From Flavobacteriales bacterium (lineage in GTDB: Bacteria > Bacteroidota > Bacteroidia > Flavobacteriales_G > NORP312), in assembly GCA_018669945.1 (NCBI GenBank), contig JABHTA010000211.1, forward strand, positions 1-38,215: a stretch of DNA of 38,215 nt. Direction: 5' to 3'. The notes under the pieces are model-generated. The model had not been told where the DNA came from, searched no databases, and was given only the letters and a program-made list of their open reading frames with translations. Shown piece after piece: positions 18,289 through 27,409 of the stretch. The position numbers were made by a program, and so were the translations under genes. Positions within the stretch are counted from its first letter, which is position 1. Every line of letters starts with the position of its first letter.

Positions 18289-18331
18289 TGAGTATGGAAC
18301 AAAATACTTCAGAAATTTAAAAGTCCGGAAA

Positions 18332-21300
18332 ATGAAAAAAAACATAATACTTCTCGCTATTGGTCTATTCATTAGTGTGACCTCCATTGCGCAAAGCCCA
18401 GGAGATACAATCCGTGTGCAAACATTTACGCATGACAGTGCGGCTAGAAACGGAATATTCAATTTTGATATAGATACCTCTCTAACTTACGAAAAAGTAA
18501 TCATGAAATACAATATGCGTTGTCATGGTGCATTAGTAAATCAATCCGGAGGTAATGGAATTGCGTGTGGAGAATGGGATTACAGCTGTAATACTTTTGT
18601 ATCAGACTCAATGTACCAAGATTCTGTTAAATCTGTTTCTCCAGATTATACTATTACTAATTTTTCAGGTAATAGTTTTGATTATACTTCGTCACCTACA
18701 TATACTTATATAGAATATGCCCAACAAAATGTAAACATTGCAAGTACACTTTCTGAAACTACCGCAGCTATTGGAAATGGTAGCACTAACCTTGCAGATG
18801 CAATGCAGATTAACCTAACAAGTGGCAAATCACAATACATATACAGAGCAACTGAATTACTTGCTGGTGGTATTGTTGCTGGAGATATTACCGGGATAAA
18901 CTTAGACATCCTAAATACTGGAAGCACTGCTGAGTTCTTTAGAATTCAAATGGCTGAAACTGCAGACACTAATCTTTTTGAAGGTTCTCCTTTAAGTCTA
19001 TCGATGCAAGAAGTTTATTTTCTAAATTTTGATCCTCAAGCAACAGGTAATAATCACTTTCAGTTTTATAATCCTTTCACTTGGGATGGTATATCAAACA
19101 TAGTTGTAGAATTTTCTTTTACGAATAGTTCTTCTCAATCAAATATAGAAGTGCAGGGAGAAATGACTTCAGATACAAATATTGTAAGTAATAACTATGA
19201 CGAATTTCTTGAATTAGGTGGCACTGGTCAATATCTCGATGCGCCTGATGGGACATACGATTTCAGTAACGGCTTTAGTTTTTCTTCTTGGGTTAAATTC
19301 GATGATTTAGGTAACTGGTCTAGAATAATGGACTTTGGAAATGGCGCAGGGTCAGATAATATAATTATTGCACACCCTGGTACTTCAACCGACATTACAT
19401 TAAACGTTAGACAAGGTGGGTCCGCAATGAGTATATCAGCTTCAGGTGTAATTGTAACAGGCAAATGGATGCACATAGCTGCAACAATTAGCTCGGGTTA
19501 TGTTGGTAAAATATATATTAATGGTCAACTTGCTCAAACAGGCACTGTTCACCTTCCATTAACATTAGCTAGAACCAATAATTACATAGGAAGAAGTAAT
19601 TGGTCGAATGATGCATACTTTTATGGAGGAATGGATGATTTTTCGTTATGGAGCGCAGAGCTAAGTCAAGCCGAGATTCAAGATTGGATGTTTAAAAAAG
19701 TTGATGCAACTCATCCACAATTTTCGAATTTAGTTTTAGGCTATGATTGCAACTCAAATACCGTTGACTTGTCTTCGAATGGAAATGATGCAATACTTAC
19801 CAATGGTGCAAGAACGACTTTATTCCCTGGTGTCGAAAAAATCAAAAACTTTGACAAAGTACAAACAAGACCAAATATCGAAATTGTGCAAGGTGATTAT
19901 AGCGAGGTAGTTCTTATCGAGACGGTTACTGATACTATTGAAAACTTTCCTAATACTATTACGCAGTATGACGTATTAAATAATGAATTAATTATTTTAA
20001 ATACCACTTCGTCATGGGAAGCTGGTTATTCTTATACGTATGACACAAATGGAATTGCAATTGATTCAACGTATAATAACATTGATGGAACAATTAATAT
20101 AGGGTCATTAAATTATTATAGTTTCCGTCCGATGAAATTTGAGTTAACTTCATTCGTTACACCCTATGGTATTGGCTTAGATTTGGGTCAAGAAGGAAAA
20201 ACATATACCATGGATGTATCAGAATATATTAATGTGTTGCGTGGGAAAAAGTATATGTCCATGGAGTATGGAGGCCAAAATCAAGAAGAATTTGATATTG
20301 AATTTCTTTATATAGTAGGAACCCCTCCCGCTGATGTTCTTGATTTCAGACAAATATGGTGGGCAAATGGACCTAATCATAATCAAATTAATGATGACGC
20401 TTATTTTGAGCCAAGAGATGTGCCTACTCCTGTTAACGGTGAACATTTTATCGTTAAAGCTGCAATCACAGGTCATGGTCAAGATGGTGAGTTTATTCCG
20501 CGAAACCATATGATAAATATTGATGGTGGTTTTGCAGAGTTTAATTGGACCGTGTGGAAAGAATGTGCTGAAAATCCTGTGTATCCGCAAGGAGGTACTT
20601 GGGTATATGATAGAGCTGGTTGGTGCCCTGGAATGGAAACGGATATCGAACGTTCTGACATCTCTGCATATGTAACACCAGGGTCCACCGTAAATCTTGA
20701 TTATGACATCGAGCAGTTTACTAGCTCAAGCTCTACTTACCGAAATAGTTTACAAATGATATCATACGGGGCGGCAAACTTTGATAATGATGCTTCAATT
20801 TCTGACATTATTAAACCATCTAAAAAGATAGAATATGACAGACTTAATCCAATGTGTCATAATCCAGAAGTAGTAATAAAAAATACAGGTGGAAATGTTT
20901 TAACATCAGCTAACATCTTCTATAGAATTTCGGGTGGAGATATAGAAACTTATAATTGGACTGGCTCATTAGATTTTATGGAAAAAGAAACGGTTATTAT
21001 CACTCCTCCCGATGCATTCTGGAAAACAACTGTTTTAGCAGAAAGTGATGCGCTGTTTGAAGTTTGGGTAGAAGATCCAAATGGTGTTACAGATGAGTAT
21101 AGCCTTAACGATAAAATGAGTTCAACTTTCGTAGTTCCAGACACACTTCCTAGCTCGTTCGTTCTTCAATATCGGGGAAATAATTTCCCAGGAGAAAGTG
21201 CCCTTTACGTTTATAATGAAGAAGGAAACGTAGTACATTCAAATACTAGCTGGACTTCTTCCTATGCATACGACACATTGACGTTGGCTCCTGGTTGCTA

Positions 21301-21742
21301 TAGATTATATTCTCCAGATTCTGATGATGATGGTTTAAGCTGGTGGGCAAATAATGATGGGTCAGGAGACCTTAGAATTGCCAAAGCGAACACGTTTGGG
21401 TATCTAAAAGTTTTTAATGCAGACTTCGGAGATAACATTAACTGGTACTTTACAATAAACTATGATGAAGTAACTTCTGTAGAAAATAGTAAACCTAATT
21501 CAGGTATGTTTATCTACCCTAATCCAAATGACGGAAATTTCAACTTAGAATTAAGGGGATACACAAATGACATTGAAGTAACTATAGTTTCTGCTATAGG
21601 GCGACTAATTAAAACGTTTAGTATACCAAACGATACTCAGATTCATAATACTATAGCTTTAAATGGACTAAAGCATGGTGTATACTTCGTTAAAGCAAAT
21701 GATGGAACACTTAGCGATACTCAACGCATTATTATTAATTAA
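18332..21742 (+). CDS. T9SS-secreted multidomain protein: PNGase-F-like (N-glycanase-like) beta-sandwiches plus LamG/concanavalin-A-like lectin domain
   Basis: Signal peptide MKKNIILLAIGLFISVTSIAQ. LamG-type segment (FSFSSWVKFDD...WSRIMDFGNG...GKWMHIAATISS...IYINGQL...NYIGRSNW...YFYGGMDDFSLWS.ELSQAEI). Segments CGEWDY, FVTPYG, FDIEFLYIVGTPP, AITGHGQDGEF and NPVYPQGGTWVYDRAGWCPGME resemble PNGase F as I recall it. C-terminal IYPNPNDGNFNLEL...GVYFVKANDG... is a T9SS sorting domain. Confidence 0.75.
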   Translation: MKKNIILLAIGLFISVTSIAQSPGDTIRVQTFTHDSAARNGIFNFDIDTSLTYEKVIMKYNMRCHGALVNQSGGNGIACGEWDYSCNTFVSDSMYQDSVKSVSPDYTITNFSGNSFDYTSSPTYTYIEYAQQNVNIASTLSETTAAIGNGSTNLADAMQINLTSGKSQYIYRATELLAGGIVAGDITGINLDILNTGSTAEFFRIQMAETADTNLFEGSPLSLSMQEVYFLNFDPQATGNNHFQFYNPFTWDGISNIVVEFSFTNSSSQSNIEVQGEMTSDTNIVSNNYDEFLELGGTGQYLDAPDGTYDFSNGFSFSSWVKFDDLGNWSRIMDFGNGAGSDNIIIAHPGTSTDITLNVRQGGSAMSISASGVIVTGKWMHIAATISSGYVGKIYINGQLAQTGTVHLPLTLARTNNYIGRSNWSNDAYFYGGMDDFSLWSAELSQAEIQDWMFKKVDATHPQFSNLVLGYDCNSNTVDLSSNGNDAILTNGARTTLFPGVEKIKNFDKVQTRPNIEIVQGDYSEVVLIETVTDTIENFPNTITQYDVLNNELIILNTTSSWEAGYSYTYDTNGIAIDSTYNNIDGTINIGSLNYYSFRPMKFELTSFVTPYGIGLDLGQEGKTYTMDVSEYINVLRGKKYMSMEYGGQNQEEFDIEFLYIVGTPPADVLDFRQIWWANGPNHNQINDDAYFEPRDVPTPVNGEHFIVKAAITGHGQDGEFIPRNHMINIDGGFAEFNWTVWKECAENPVYPQGGTWVYDRAGWCPGMETDIERSDISAYVTPGSTVNLDYDIEQFTSSSSTYRNSLQMISYGAANFDNDASISDIIKPSKKIEYDRLNPMCHNPEVVIKNTGGNVLTSANIFYRISGGDIETYNWTGSLDFMEKETVIITPPDAFWKTTVLAESDALFEVWVEDPNGVTDEYSLNDKMSSTFVVPDTLPSSFVLQYRGNNFPGESALYVYNEEGNVVHSNTSWTSSYAYDTLTLAPGCYRLYSPDSDDDGLSWWANNDGSGDLRIAKANTFGYLKVFNADFGDNINWYFTINYDEVTSVENSKPNSGMFIYPNPNDGNFNLELRGYTNDIEVTIVSAIGRLIKTFSIPNDTQIHNTIALNGLKHGVYFVKANDGTLSDTQRIIIN

Positions 21743-21900
21743 TTTACTAGTCTAACGACTTTTTGGTAACGAACAATCGCCATCCAAAAATGGCTAATTG
21801 AAATTTTGACATTTTTGCTAAATCTCGTCTTTGCTTTGTGAAACTTGGCAATAGTATTTTGTTTAAGATTGCCAGTATTTTGTATAAACGTTGTTCCATA

Positions 21901-22779
21901 TTAATAACCTCCCCCTGAGTTTGAAAATTGTTCTGAATAATTGATGGCAACATCAATTTGGTTAAGCATTTTTTGTTTGTCTTTACCAAGAACACCTTTA
22001 AGAATCAAATGATTCGAGGCATGATCGCTTCTAAAAATTGTCTCTTTTAGATTAAGGTGTTGCATAAATAGTTTCATTTCTTCGAATAATTCCTTTTTCT
22101 CTAGTTCTATAAATTCGCCTTTATATCTTTCTTTATAATGAGACATTCCTTTGTGAGTAGTTAGCACTAAAGTTGAGGCATACTTTGGCTGGGTTGCGTT
22201 TAATACTTTTGCAGAGTTAATAGCGTGTTGTTTTGACAGCGACTTACCTCCCACTCCATTAATAAGCATAACAGAGCTATTCATTCCTGCAGACTTTGAT
22301 TTATTCAAACCTTCAATGGTTGTTTCGTATGTTTCTCCCTTTTGTATGCATTCTAGCACTTCGCTATCGCCAGATTCAATACCAACATAAAGCAATGTTA
22401 ATCCTGATTTTTTTAATGCAGCTAATTCTTCATCAGATTTTCGTTTCAAATTACTCGGTGAAGCATAAGTAGAGACTCTGTTTAGATTAGGAAAAGTAGA
22501 ATTTAATTTATCTAAAATGCGTAGCAACCGTTCTGTCGACAAGACTAGTGGATCTCCATCAGCCAAAAACACCCTCTTTACTTGAGGTGCTTGAGGAGCA
22601 AAAGCTCTAATATCTTTAAATATATCTTCTTCTTTTCGAGCTGTGAAATGCTTAGATGTGTACATTTCACAGAAGGAACATTTATTCCAACTACACCCCA
22701 ATGTAACTTGAATAATTAGCGACCGTGCCTCACTAGGTGGGCGAAATAAAGGCTCATTATATTGAATAGGAAAATTCAC
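21901..22779 (-). CDS. Radical SAM enzyme of uncharacterised subgroup (CX4CX2C cluster motif)
   Basis: GCSWNKCSFCEMY read directly from the DNA (tgt agt tgg aat aaa tgt tcc ttc tgt). Downstream FLADGDPL (GGE-like SAM motif position) and YVGIESG. GTG start at 22779, with no in-frame ATG before the Cys motif. One nt is shared with the helicase TAG stop. Confidence 0.85.
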   Translation of the reverse strand: MNFPIQYNEPLFRPPSEARSLIIQVTLGCSWNKCSFCEMYTSKHFTARKEEDIFKDIRAFAPQAPQVKRVFLADGDPLVLSTERLLRILDKLNSTFPNLNRVSTYASPSNLKRKSDEELAALKKSGLTLLYVGIESGDSEVLECIQKGETYETTIEGLNKSKSAGMNSSVMLINGVGGKSLSKQHAINSAKVLNATQPKYASTLVLTTHKGMSHYKERYKGEFIELEKKELFEEMKLFMQHLNLKETIFRSDHASNHLILKGVLGKDKQKMLNQIDVAINYSEQFSNSGGGY

Positions 22780-24464
22780 TAAAAAAACAATAGAGCTAAT
22801 TTAATTTCTTCGAAGGTAAATTCTCCTTTTAAATCTTTAAACAAGGGAGTTAAGCGAACCGGCTCCCCTTTAGGTTTAGTTTTGATTAACCTGTCGTAAA
22901 CCGGTTTAATTTTCTTTAATTGAGCTGCTTTCGGTTTGTACTTTTTTAAATCTAGCTTAGGATATTGAGCATGCAATTTAATGAGGTGAGTAATAATTGA
23001 ACTAGTCGCCATTCCCCGATGGCTAGCTATTTCCGAAATACTAAATCCTTTTTCTATATATTCTTTAGTTACATCATATGTAGATTTTGTAGAGGTTTTA
23101 TGCTTAAGTTTCTTCCCTCTTTTTTTGATTTCATGCGGGTCAGTAATTCCTCCACAGAATTCAACAAAACTCTTGGCTTGCTTTTCTAGTTCTTTAGTAT
23201 CAGCGTATGCTTTTTCAGTAACACAAGACAGCTCTTGAAAACGTTTATCTGCTTTTAGGGCAAGAGCATCAACCTGAATAGCCGTATCATTAAAACCTAA
23301 TAGCTTGAGATTCGATAGGTTCTTCAACCTCGACAAAGCCACGTATCCTTGTCCTCGTTCAAAGGTTTTGCTTAAATCTATTTCTGCAGCATCTAACGTC
23401 ATTCCTTGGCTTTTATGAACTGTAATTGCCCAAGCCAGGCGCAATGGAACTTGATTATACGTAGCCAGCGCTTTACCTCCATCATCTTCAACCGACCAAG
23501 TATCTTGATTGGCAACAATAGTTTTACCATTTATCAATTTAACTACAGGAAAACCGACATCCGAGTAATCAATTACTTCTCCTAACGAGCCATTAATATA
23601 TCCAGCTTCAGGATTATTTTTTACGAACATTACTTTGGCTCCAATCTTCAGTTCAATAACTTCCGCAGCCTGAACTGATTTTTTAAAAACTTCTAAAATA
23701 TTGGCATTTCCTTTTGTTGATGCTTTAAATTTTTTTGATTTTTCATTTAAAGAATTTAAATGCTCTAAGTTAATTCTATCGACATCTACATTATGAGTGT
23801 AAAGTTTGGTTGGAGTAATTTTTGTTCCAAGTTTAGTATCCTGGGCAGCTAGTAAATGTTTTCGAGATTTATTTGATAACGAAGCAGATCTAATTTCATT
23901 GAGAATTTCGTTCAGCTCATTATCATCTTGCCGAAATTGATCAGTGAGATAACAAACTGCCAAATTTGCCTCAACCCAACTTGGCGACATAAAAGCGAAC
24001 CGTTGGCCGATAGGTTCAGTGCCGATTGGTGGCAACTGAAAGAAATCACCAGAAAAAACTACTTGGATTCCTCCAAAAGCACTTTCGCTATTCTTAAAAT
24101 ATTTAAGAACAGTATTCACAGAATTCAATTGCCCAAGATGCAACATCGAAATTTCATCGATGATTAAAACCTGAGCTTTTTCGAGGTGTTGTTTTAGGTA
24201 TTTCTTCGATTTCATCGAAGATAAATTCGAACTCGTAATTACGCTTTTAATTCCAATACCGCTCCAAGAATGAATCGTCATTCCGTTCATGTGTGTTGCC
24301 GCAATTCCTGTAGACGCAGTTACCGCAACAGGTACTTTTCGCACTTTTAAATAGGCTATATATTCGTTAAGCACATGAGTTTTACCTGTACCCGCAGAGC
24401 CTGTCAAAAATACATTTTGACCAGACTTTAAGATTTCAAGCGCTTGAGATTGTTTCATTAACAT
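22779..24464 (-). CDS. Pif1/RecD-like SF1 DNA helicase with C-terminal HTH-like extension
   Basis: Walker A GSAGTGKTH, Walker B LIIDEISM, GDFFQLPPI, ...ITVHKSQG... (SF1B motif pattern). About 120 extra C-terminal residues include ISEIASHRGMATSSIITHLIKL, which is helix-turn-helix-like. Confidence 0.85.
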   Translation of the reverse strand: MLMKQSQALEILKSGQNVFLTGSAGTGKTHVLNEYIAYLKVRKVPVAVTASTGIAATHMNGMTIHSWSGIGIKSVITSSNLSSMKSKKYLKQHLEKAQVLIIDEISMLHLGQLNSVNTVLKYFKNSESAFGGIQVVFSGDFFQLPPIGTEPIGQRFAFMSPSWVEANLAVCYLTDQFRQDDNELNEILNEIRSASLSNKSRKHLLAAQDTKLGTKITPTKLYTHNVDVDRINLEHLNSLNEKSKKFKASTKGNANILEVFKKSVQAAEVIELKIGAKVMFVKNNPEAGYINGSLGEVIDYSDVGFPVVKLINGKTIVANQDTWSVEDDGGKALATYNQVPLRLAWAITVHKSQGMTLDAAEIDLSKTFERGQGYVALSRLKNLSNLKLLGFNDTAIQVDALALKADKRFQELSCVTEKAYADTKELEKQAKSFVEFCGGITDPHEIKKRGKKLKHKTSTKSTYDVTKEYIEKGFSISEIASHRGMATSSIITHLIKLHAQYPKLDLKKYKPKAAQLKKIKPVYDRLIKTKPKGEPVRLTPLFKDLKGEFTFEEIKLALLFF

Positions 24465-24465
24465 A

Positions 24466-24473
24466 CAAAGCTA
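24466..24473 (-). promoter_or_regulatory. TAnnTTTG motif (TAGCTTTG on minus strand) abutting the helicase start
   Basis: The plus strand reads CAAAGCTA, only 1 nt upstream of the first ATG (24464). If it is functional, translation would have to start at the second ATG (24458) on a near-leaderless mRNA. It may be coincidental. Confidence 0.15.
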
Positions 24474-24671
24474 ATGTATAAGTCTTAACTCAAGAAAAAC
24501 TACTTTTATATTCTCTAGTTTTTGCTTCTAAATTCGATTTTACTACCATTTTTTATATTCTTATGCCGTTCAATTACAAACTAAAATTATCACAACTTAC
24601 CATTTACCTTTGATTAAATACTTCCGATAAACATGCTGCAATCACTATTTATCTAATTTTAATTTCTAATA

Positions 24672-24679
24672 TACATTTG
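24672..24679 (+). promoter_or_regulatory. Candidate -7 promoter motif (TACATTTG) for the S41 peptidase gene
   Basis: TAnnTTTG ending 52 nt upstream of the ATG at 24732. Confidence 0.3.
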
Positions 24680-24731
24680 TTGGCAAAGAATTTGATTAAT
24701 ACCGTATTTTAGCCACTTCAATTAATTTAAA

Positions 24732-26300
24732 ATGAGAAAAACACTAGTTGTAATAATTACCCTTGTTTCAACTTCCGTAATTGGTCAAGAGATAAGTGAA
24801 TCAGTTAAGAATTTCGAACACCTTCTTAATGTGATAGATAGAGTTTATGTTGATTCAGTTGATGCTGACGACTTAGTGCAAAGTGCAATAATTGGCATGT
24901 TGAAAGATTTAGATCCTCATAGTGCCTATATCGCTGCCGAAGATGTAAAGAAAACTAATGAAGGGTTAGTTGGTAATTTTGAAGGAATTGGTATTCAGTT
25001 CAACATATTTAAAGATACCATTATGGTTGTATCCCCAATCTCTGGTGGCCCTTCAGAAAAATTAGGAATAATGTCGGGAGATAGAATTTGCACAGTTGAT
25101 GGTGAAAATGTTGCTGGGATTGGCATTAAAAACAAAGGAGTTGGAGACAGACTGAGAGGAAAAAAGGGAACTGAAGTTGTAGTTGGTATCAAAAGAAGAG
25201 GAGAAGAAAAGTTAATCGAATATGTAATAATTCGAGACAAAATTCCAATTTATAGCCTAGACGCTGCTTATATGGCAACTAAAGATATCGGATATATCAA
25301 AATAAATAGATTTGGCAGAACTACCATGACCGAATTTAACCAAGGGCTAGACACCCTTTATGGTCAAGGAATGCAACATCTTATACTAGATCTTCGTGGT
25401 AATGGTGGTGGTTACTTAAGTACAGCTATTAAATTAGCCGATGAGTTTTTAGAATCAAAAAAGTTAATTGTATACACAGAAGGTCGTAATTTCCCTAAAG
25501 ATGAAAAGTTTGCAACAGCAACTGGTCGAGTTGAAAAAGGGAAATTGGTTGTATTAATTAATAGAGGTTCTGCTTCTGCAAGTGAAATTGTATCTGGTGC
25601 GGTTCAAGATAATGATCGCGGTATAATTGTAGGAAGAAGATCTTTTGGTAAAGGGTTAGTTCAAAAACCATATAACTTACCTGATGGTGCTCAGGTTAGA
25701 GTTACCATTCAAAGATACTACTCACCGTCTGGGAGATGCATTCAAAAACCGTATGATGATTACAAAGATGATTATTCTACGAGGTTAGAAAGTGGTGAGT
25801 TTTTTCACGCAGATAGCATTGATTTTCCTGATTCATTGAAGTTCACCACACCTAATGGAAGAACAGTATATGGTGGTGGTGGAATTATGCCAGATGTATT
25901 TGTACCAATTGATACTTCCATGACTTCAGATTACTACACGAACCTCCTTCGCAAAGGAGTGCTATATCAATTCACTCTGGATTATATGGACTCCCATAGA
26001 GATGCATTAACAGAAAAATATAAAACTATAGATGAATTTCAGAAAAGATTTGAGGTTGACGAAAAATTATTGGAAGAATTTGTTGCTTATGGAGAAAAGA
26101 AGAAGGTTAAATACAACGATGATGATTTTAAGATCTCGGAAAAGCCAATCTTAAACTTGATAAAATCACAATTTGCAAGAAATATTTGGGGAACGAGTGC
26201 GTATTTTCAAATATACAACCAAATAAATCCAGACTTCTTAAAGGCGATTGAAGTAATAAATGATGGGAGTTTTGAAAAATATAAACTCTCATACAAATAG
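24732..26300 (+). CDS. S41-family C-terminal processing (tail-specific) peptidase
   Basis: Signal peptide. PDZ-like segment (GIGIQF...VVSPISGGPSEKLGIMSGDRICTVDG). LDLRGNGGGYL, INRGSASASEIVSGA (nucleophile Ser context) and GRRSFGKGLVQ (Lys context). Confidence 0.9.
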   Translation: MRKTLVVIITLVSTSVIGQEISESVKNFEHLLNVIDRVYVDSVDADDLVQSAIIGMLKDLDPHSAYIAAEDVKKTNEGLVGNFEGIGIQFNIFKDTIMVVSPISGGPSEKLGIMSGDRICTVDGENVAGIGIKNKGVGDRLRGKKGTEVVVGIKRRGEEKLIEYVIIRDKIPIYSLDAAYMATKDIGYIKINRFGRTTMTEFNQGLDTLYGQGMQHLILDLRGNGGGYLSTAIKLADEFLESKKLIVYTEGRNFPKDEKFATATGRVEKGKLVVLINRGSASASEIVSGAVQDNDRGIIVGRRSFGKGLVQKPYNLPDGAQVRVTIQRYYSPSGRCIQKPYDDYKDDYSTRLESGEFFHADSIDFPDSLKFTTPNGRTVYGGGGIMPDVFVPIDTSMTSDYYTNLLRKGVLYQFTLDYMDSHRDALTEKYKTIDEFQKRFEVDEKLLEEFVAYGEKKKVKYNDDDFKISEKPILNLIKSQFARNIWGTSAYFQIYNQINPDFLKAIEVINDGSFEKYKLSYK

Positions 26301-26310
26301 AGATTTTTTA

Positions 26311-26318
26311 TACATTTG
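26311..26318 (+). promoter_or_regulatory. Candidate -7 promoter motif (TACATTTG) for the DUF1573-like gene
   Basis: TAnnTTTG ending 24 nt upstream of the ATG at 26343. Confidence 0.35.
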
Positions 26319-26342
26319 AATTTCTAAAAAAACAAATTTATA

Positions 26343-26870
26343 ATGGAATTAAAAGAAAATTTAAAAATCGGTTTGCTGGGTGTAATAGCAGCAACTTTAA
26401 TTATTAACACTTTTTTTATGGGTGATGGAGTTAGCGTTACCAAATCTCCAACTGCTTCAGCACCAGTGGATCAGTCAAACAAGATAGCGCCACAGATAGC
26501 GCCCACACCAGCACCAATTGCAAATCCTGTTCAAGTACCTGCTGGACCGACTACAACAATAGCTTATTCTGAAGAGGTTCATAATTTTGGAAATATAAAA
26601 CAAGATACTGAAAACGAGCATGTTTTTAAATTTACCAATACAGGCACTGAACCATTAATAATTTCGAATGCTAAAGGTTCTTGCGGATGTACTGTTCCTC
26701 AATATCCTACAGAGCCAATTGCTCCTGGGGAGTCTAGCGAAATTAAGGTAGTATACAAACCTGGAAAGCAAAAAGGAAGTCAAACCAAGACGGTTACAGT
26801 AACTGCTAATACAACTCCGGCACAAACACTTTTGAAAATTTCAGCCGAGGTTGAGGAAGTCGTTTTATAG
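26343..26870 (+). CDS. DUF1573-like membrane-anchored protein
   Basis: N-terminal anchor, Pro/Ala-rich linker, then FGNIKQDTENEHVFKFTNTGTEPLIISNAKGSCGCTVPQYPTEPIAPGESSEIKVVY. This is the hallmark DUF1573 pattern, recalled from memory. Confidence 0.7.
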   Translation: MELKENLKIGLLGVIAATLIINTFFMGDGVSVTKSPTASAPVDQSNKIAPQIAPTPAPIANPVQVPAGPTTTIAYSEEVHNFGNIKQDTENEHVFKFTNTGTEPLIISNAKGSCGCTVPQYPTEPIAPGESSEIKVVYKPGKQKGSQTKTVTVTANTTPAQTLLKISAEVEEVVL

Positions 26871-26897
26871 CTTATTAGACTATTAAACTTTAAAAAA

Positions 26898-26922
26898 GGT
26901 ATTCAAAAGTATACCATTTTGT
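26898..26922. terminator. Weak bidirectional terminator-like hairpin
   Basis: GGTAT (26898..26902) / ATACC (26911..26915) flanked by A6 on the left and ATTTTGTTTT on the right, between convergent genes. The stem is only 5 bp. Confidence 0.3.
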
Positions 26923-26923
26923 T

Positions 26924-27406
26924 TTACAGGCACTTAAAGTAATCGAAAGGCTCTAGACAGTCTTTACACTTATATAATGCTTTGCATGCAGTTGAACCGA
27001 ACTGACTTATCATTTCTGTGTTTTCTGAGTTACATTGAGGGCAACCGATAAATTTAGCATCGCCAGTTATTGAGCTCTTATCTACTGATGATTTCTCTGG
27101 CGGAGCAATTCCAAATTCCTTTAATTGTTGTTTTCCTTTTTCAGTAATCCAGTCTGTAGTCCATGCAGGAGCCAAAACCATTTCAATATTTACTTCCTCT
27201 ACCCCATTTTTATTAAGAATTGAAACAATATCATCTTCAATAACTTGCATGGCAGGGCAACCAGAATAGGTTGGTGTGAGAACAATATCAACAGCATTTC
27301 CTTTAACTGAAAAACTTCTAACCACTCCCAAATCTAAAATACTAAGAACAGGAACTTCAGGATCTTTAACTTCTTCTAATAAATCTCTAATCTGAAAATC
27401 GTTCAT
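26924..27406 (-). CDS. paaD: 1,2-phenylacetyl-CoA epoxidase subunit D
   Basis: VKDPEVPVLSILDLGVV...TPTYSGCPA... N-terminal domain plus C-terminal CPQC...CKDC zinc-ribbon-like Cys pairs. Last gene of the paaABCD string. Confidence 0.85.
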   Translation of the reverse strand: MNDFQIRDLLEEVKDPEVPVLSILDLGVVRSFSVKGNAVDIVLTPTYSGCPAMQVIEDDIVSILNKNGVEEVNIEMVLAPAWTTDWITEKGKQQLKEFGIAPPEKSSVDKSSITGDAKFIGCPQCNSENTEMISQFGSTACKALYKCKDCLEPFDYFKCL

Positions 27407-27409
27407 TAA

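Noticed and set aside
18335-18342. Homopolymer tracts as slipped-strand phase-variation switches: A8 at codons 2-4 of the 1136-aa gene, T9 at 9905..9913 in the def 3' end, T8 at 5896..5903 in the kinase gene
   Set aside because: The tracts are short. They encode ordinary Lys runs (a signal-peptide n-region and a basic C-terminal tail) or Phe-Phe in an AT-rich genome. There is nothing beyond their presence to indicate variation.
20219-20590. 123-aa ORF antisense to the 1136-aa T9SS gene. Similar antisense or out-of-frame ORFs occur at 1604..1804, 1833..2111, 2678..2866, 6427..6655, 10157..10414, 12356..12658, 13056..13313, 13458..13775, 16028..16749, 17053..17244, 18253..18462, 18706..19476, 20479..21144, 23928..24167, 24995..25240, 28417..28641, 30235..30456, 33482..33742, 34673..34892, 35751..35969 and 36366..37019.
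   Set aside because: All are fully nested in, or heavily overlap, well-supported genes with recognisable family motifs. Their translations are low-complexity or hydrophobic nonsense with no recognisable motifs.
21747-21995. Small ORF whose internal ATG (21899) lies 1 nt after the radical SAM stop (TAATATG), giving a 50-aa basic peptide. I considered it as a RiPP-type precursor for the radical SAM enzyme.
   Set aside because: The peptide has no Cys, Gly or Ser/Thr-rich core and no leader-like motif. The same 158-nt stretch contains hairpins (TGGCAAT/ATTGCCA at 21846..21874, GCCAT/ATGGC at 21779..21794) expected of the terminator zone between convergent genes. Spurious ORFs of this length are common in the track. 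It would only be revived by conservation or ribosome-profiling evidence.
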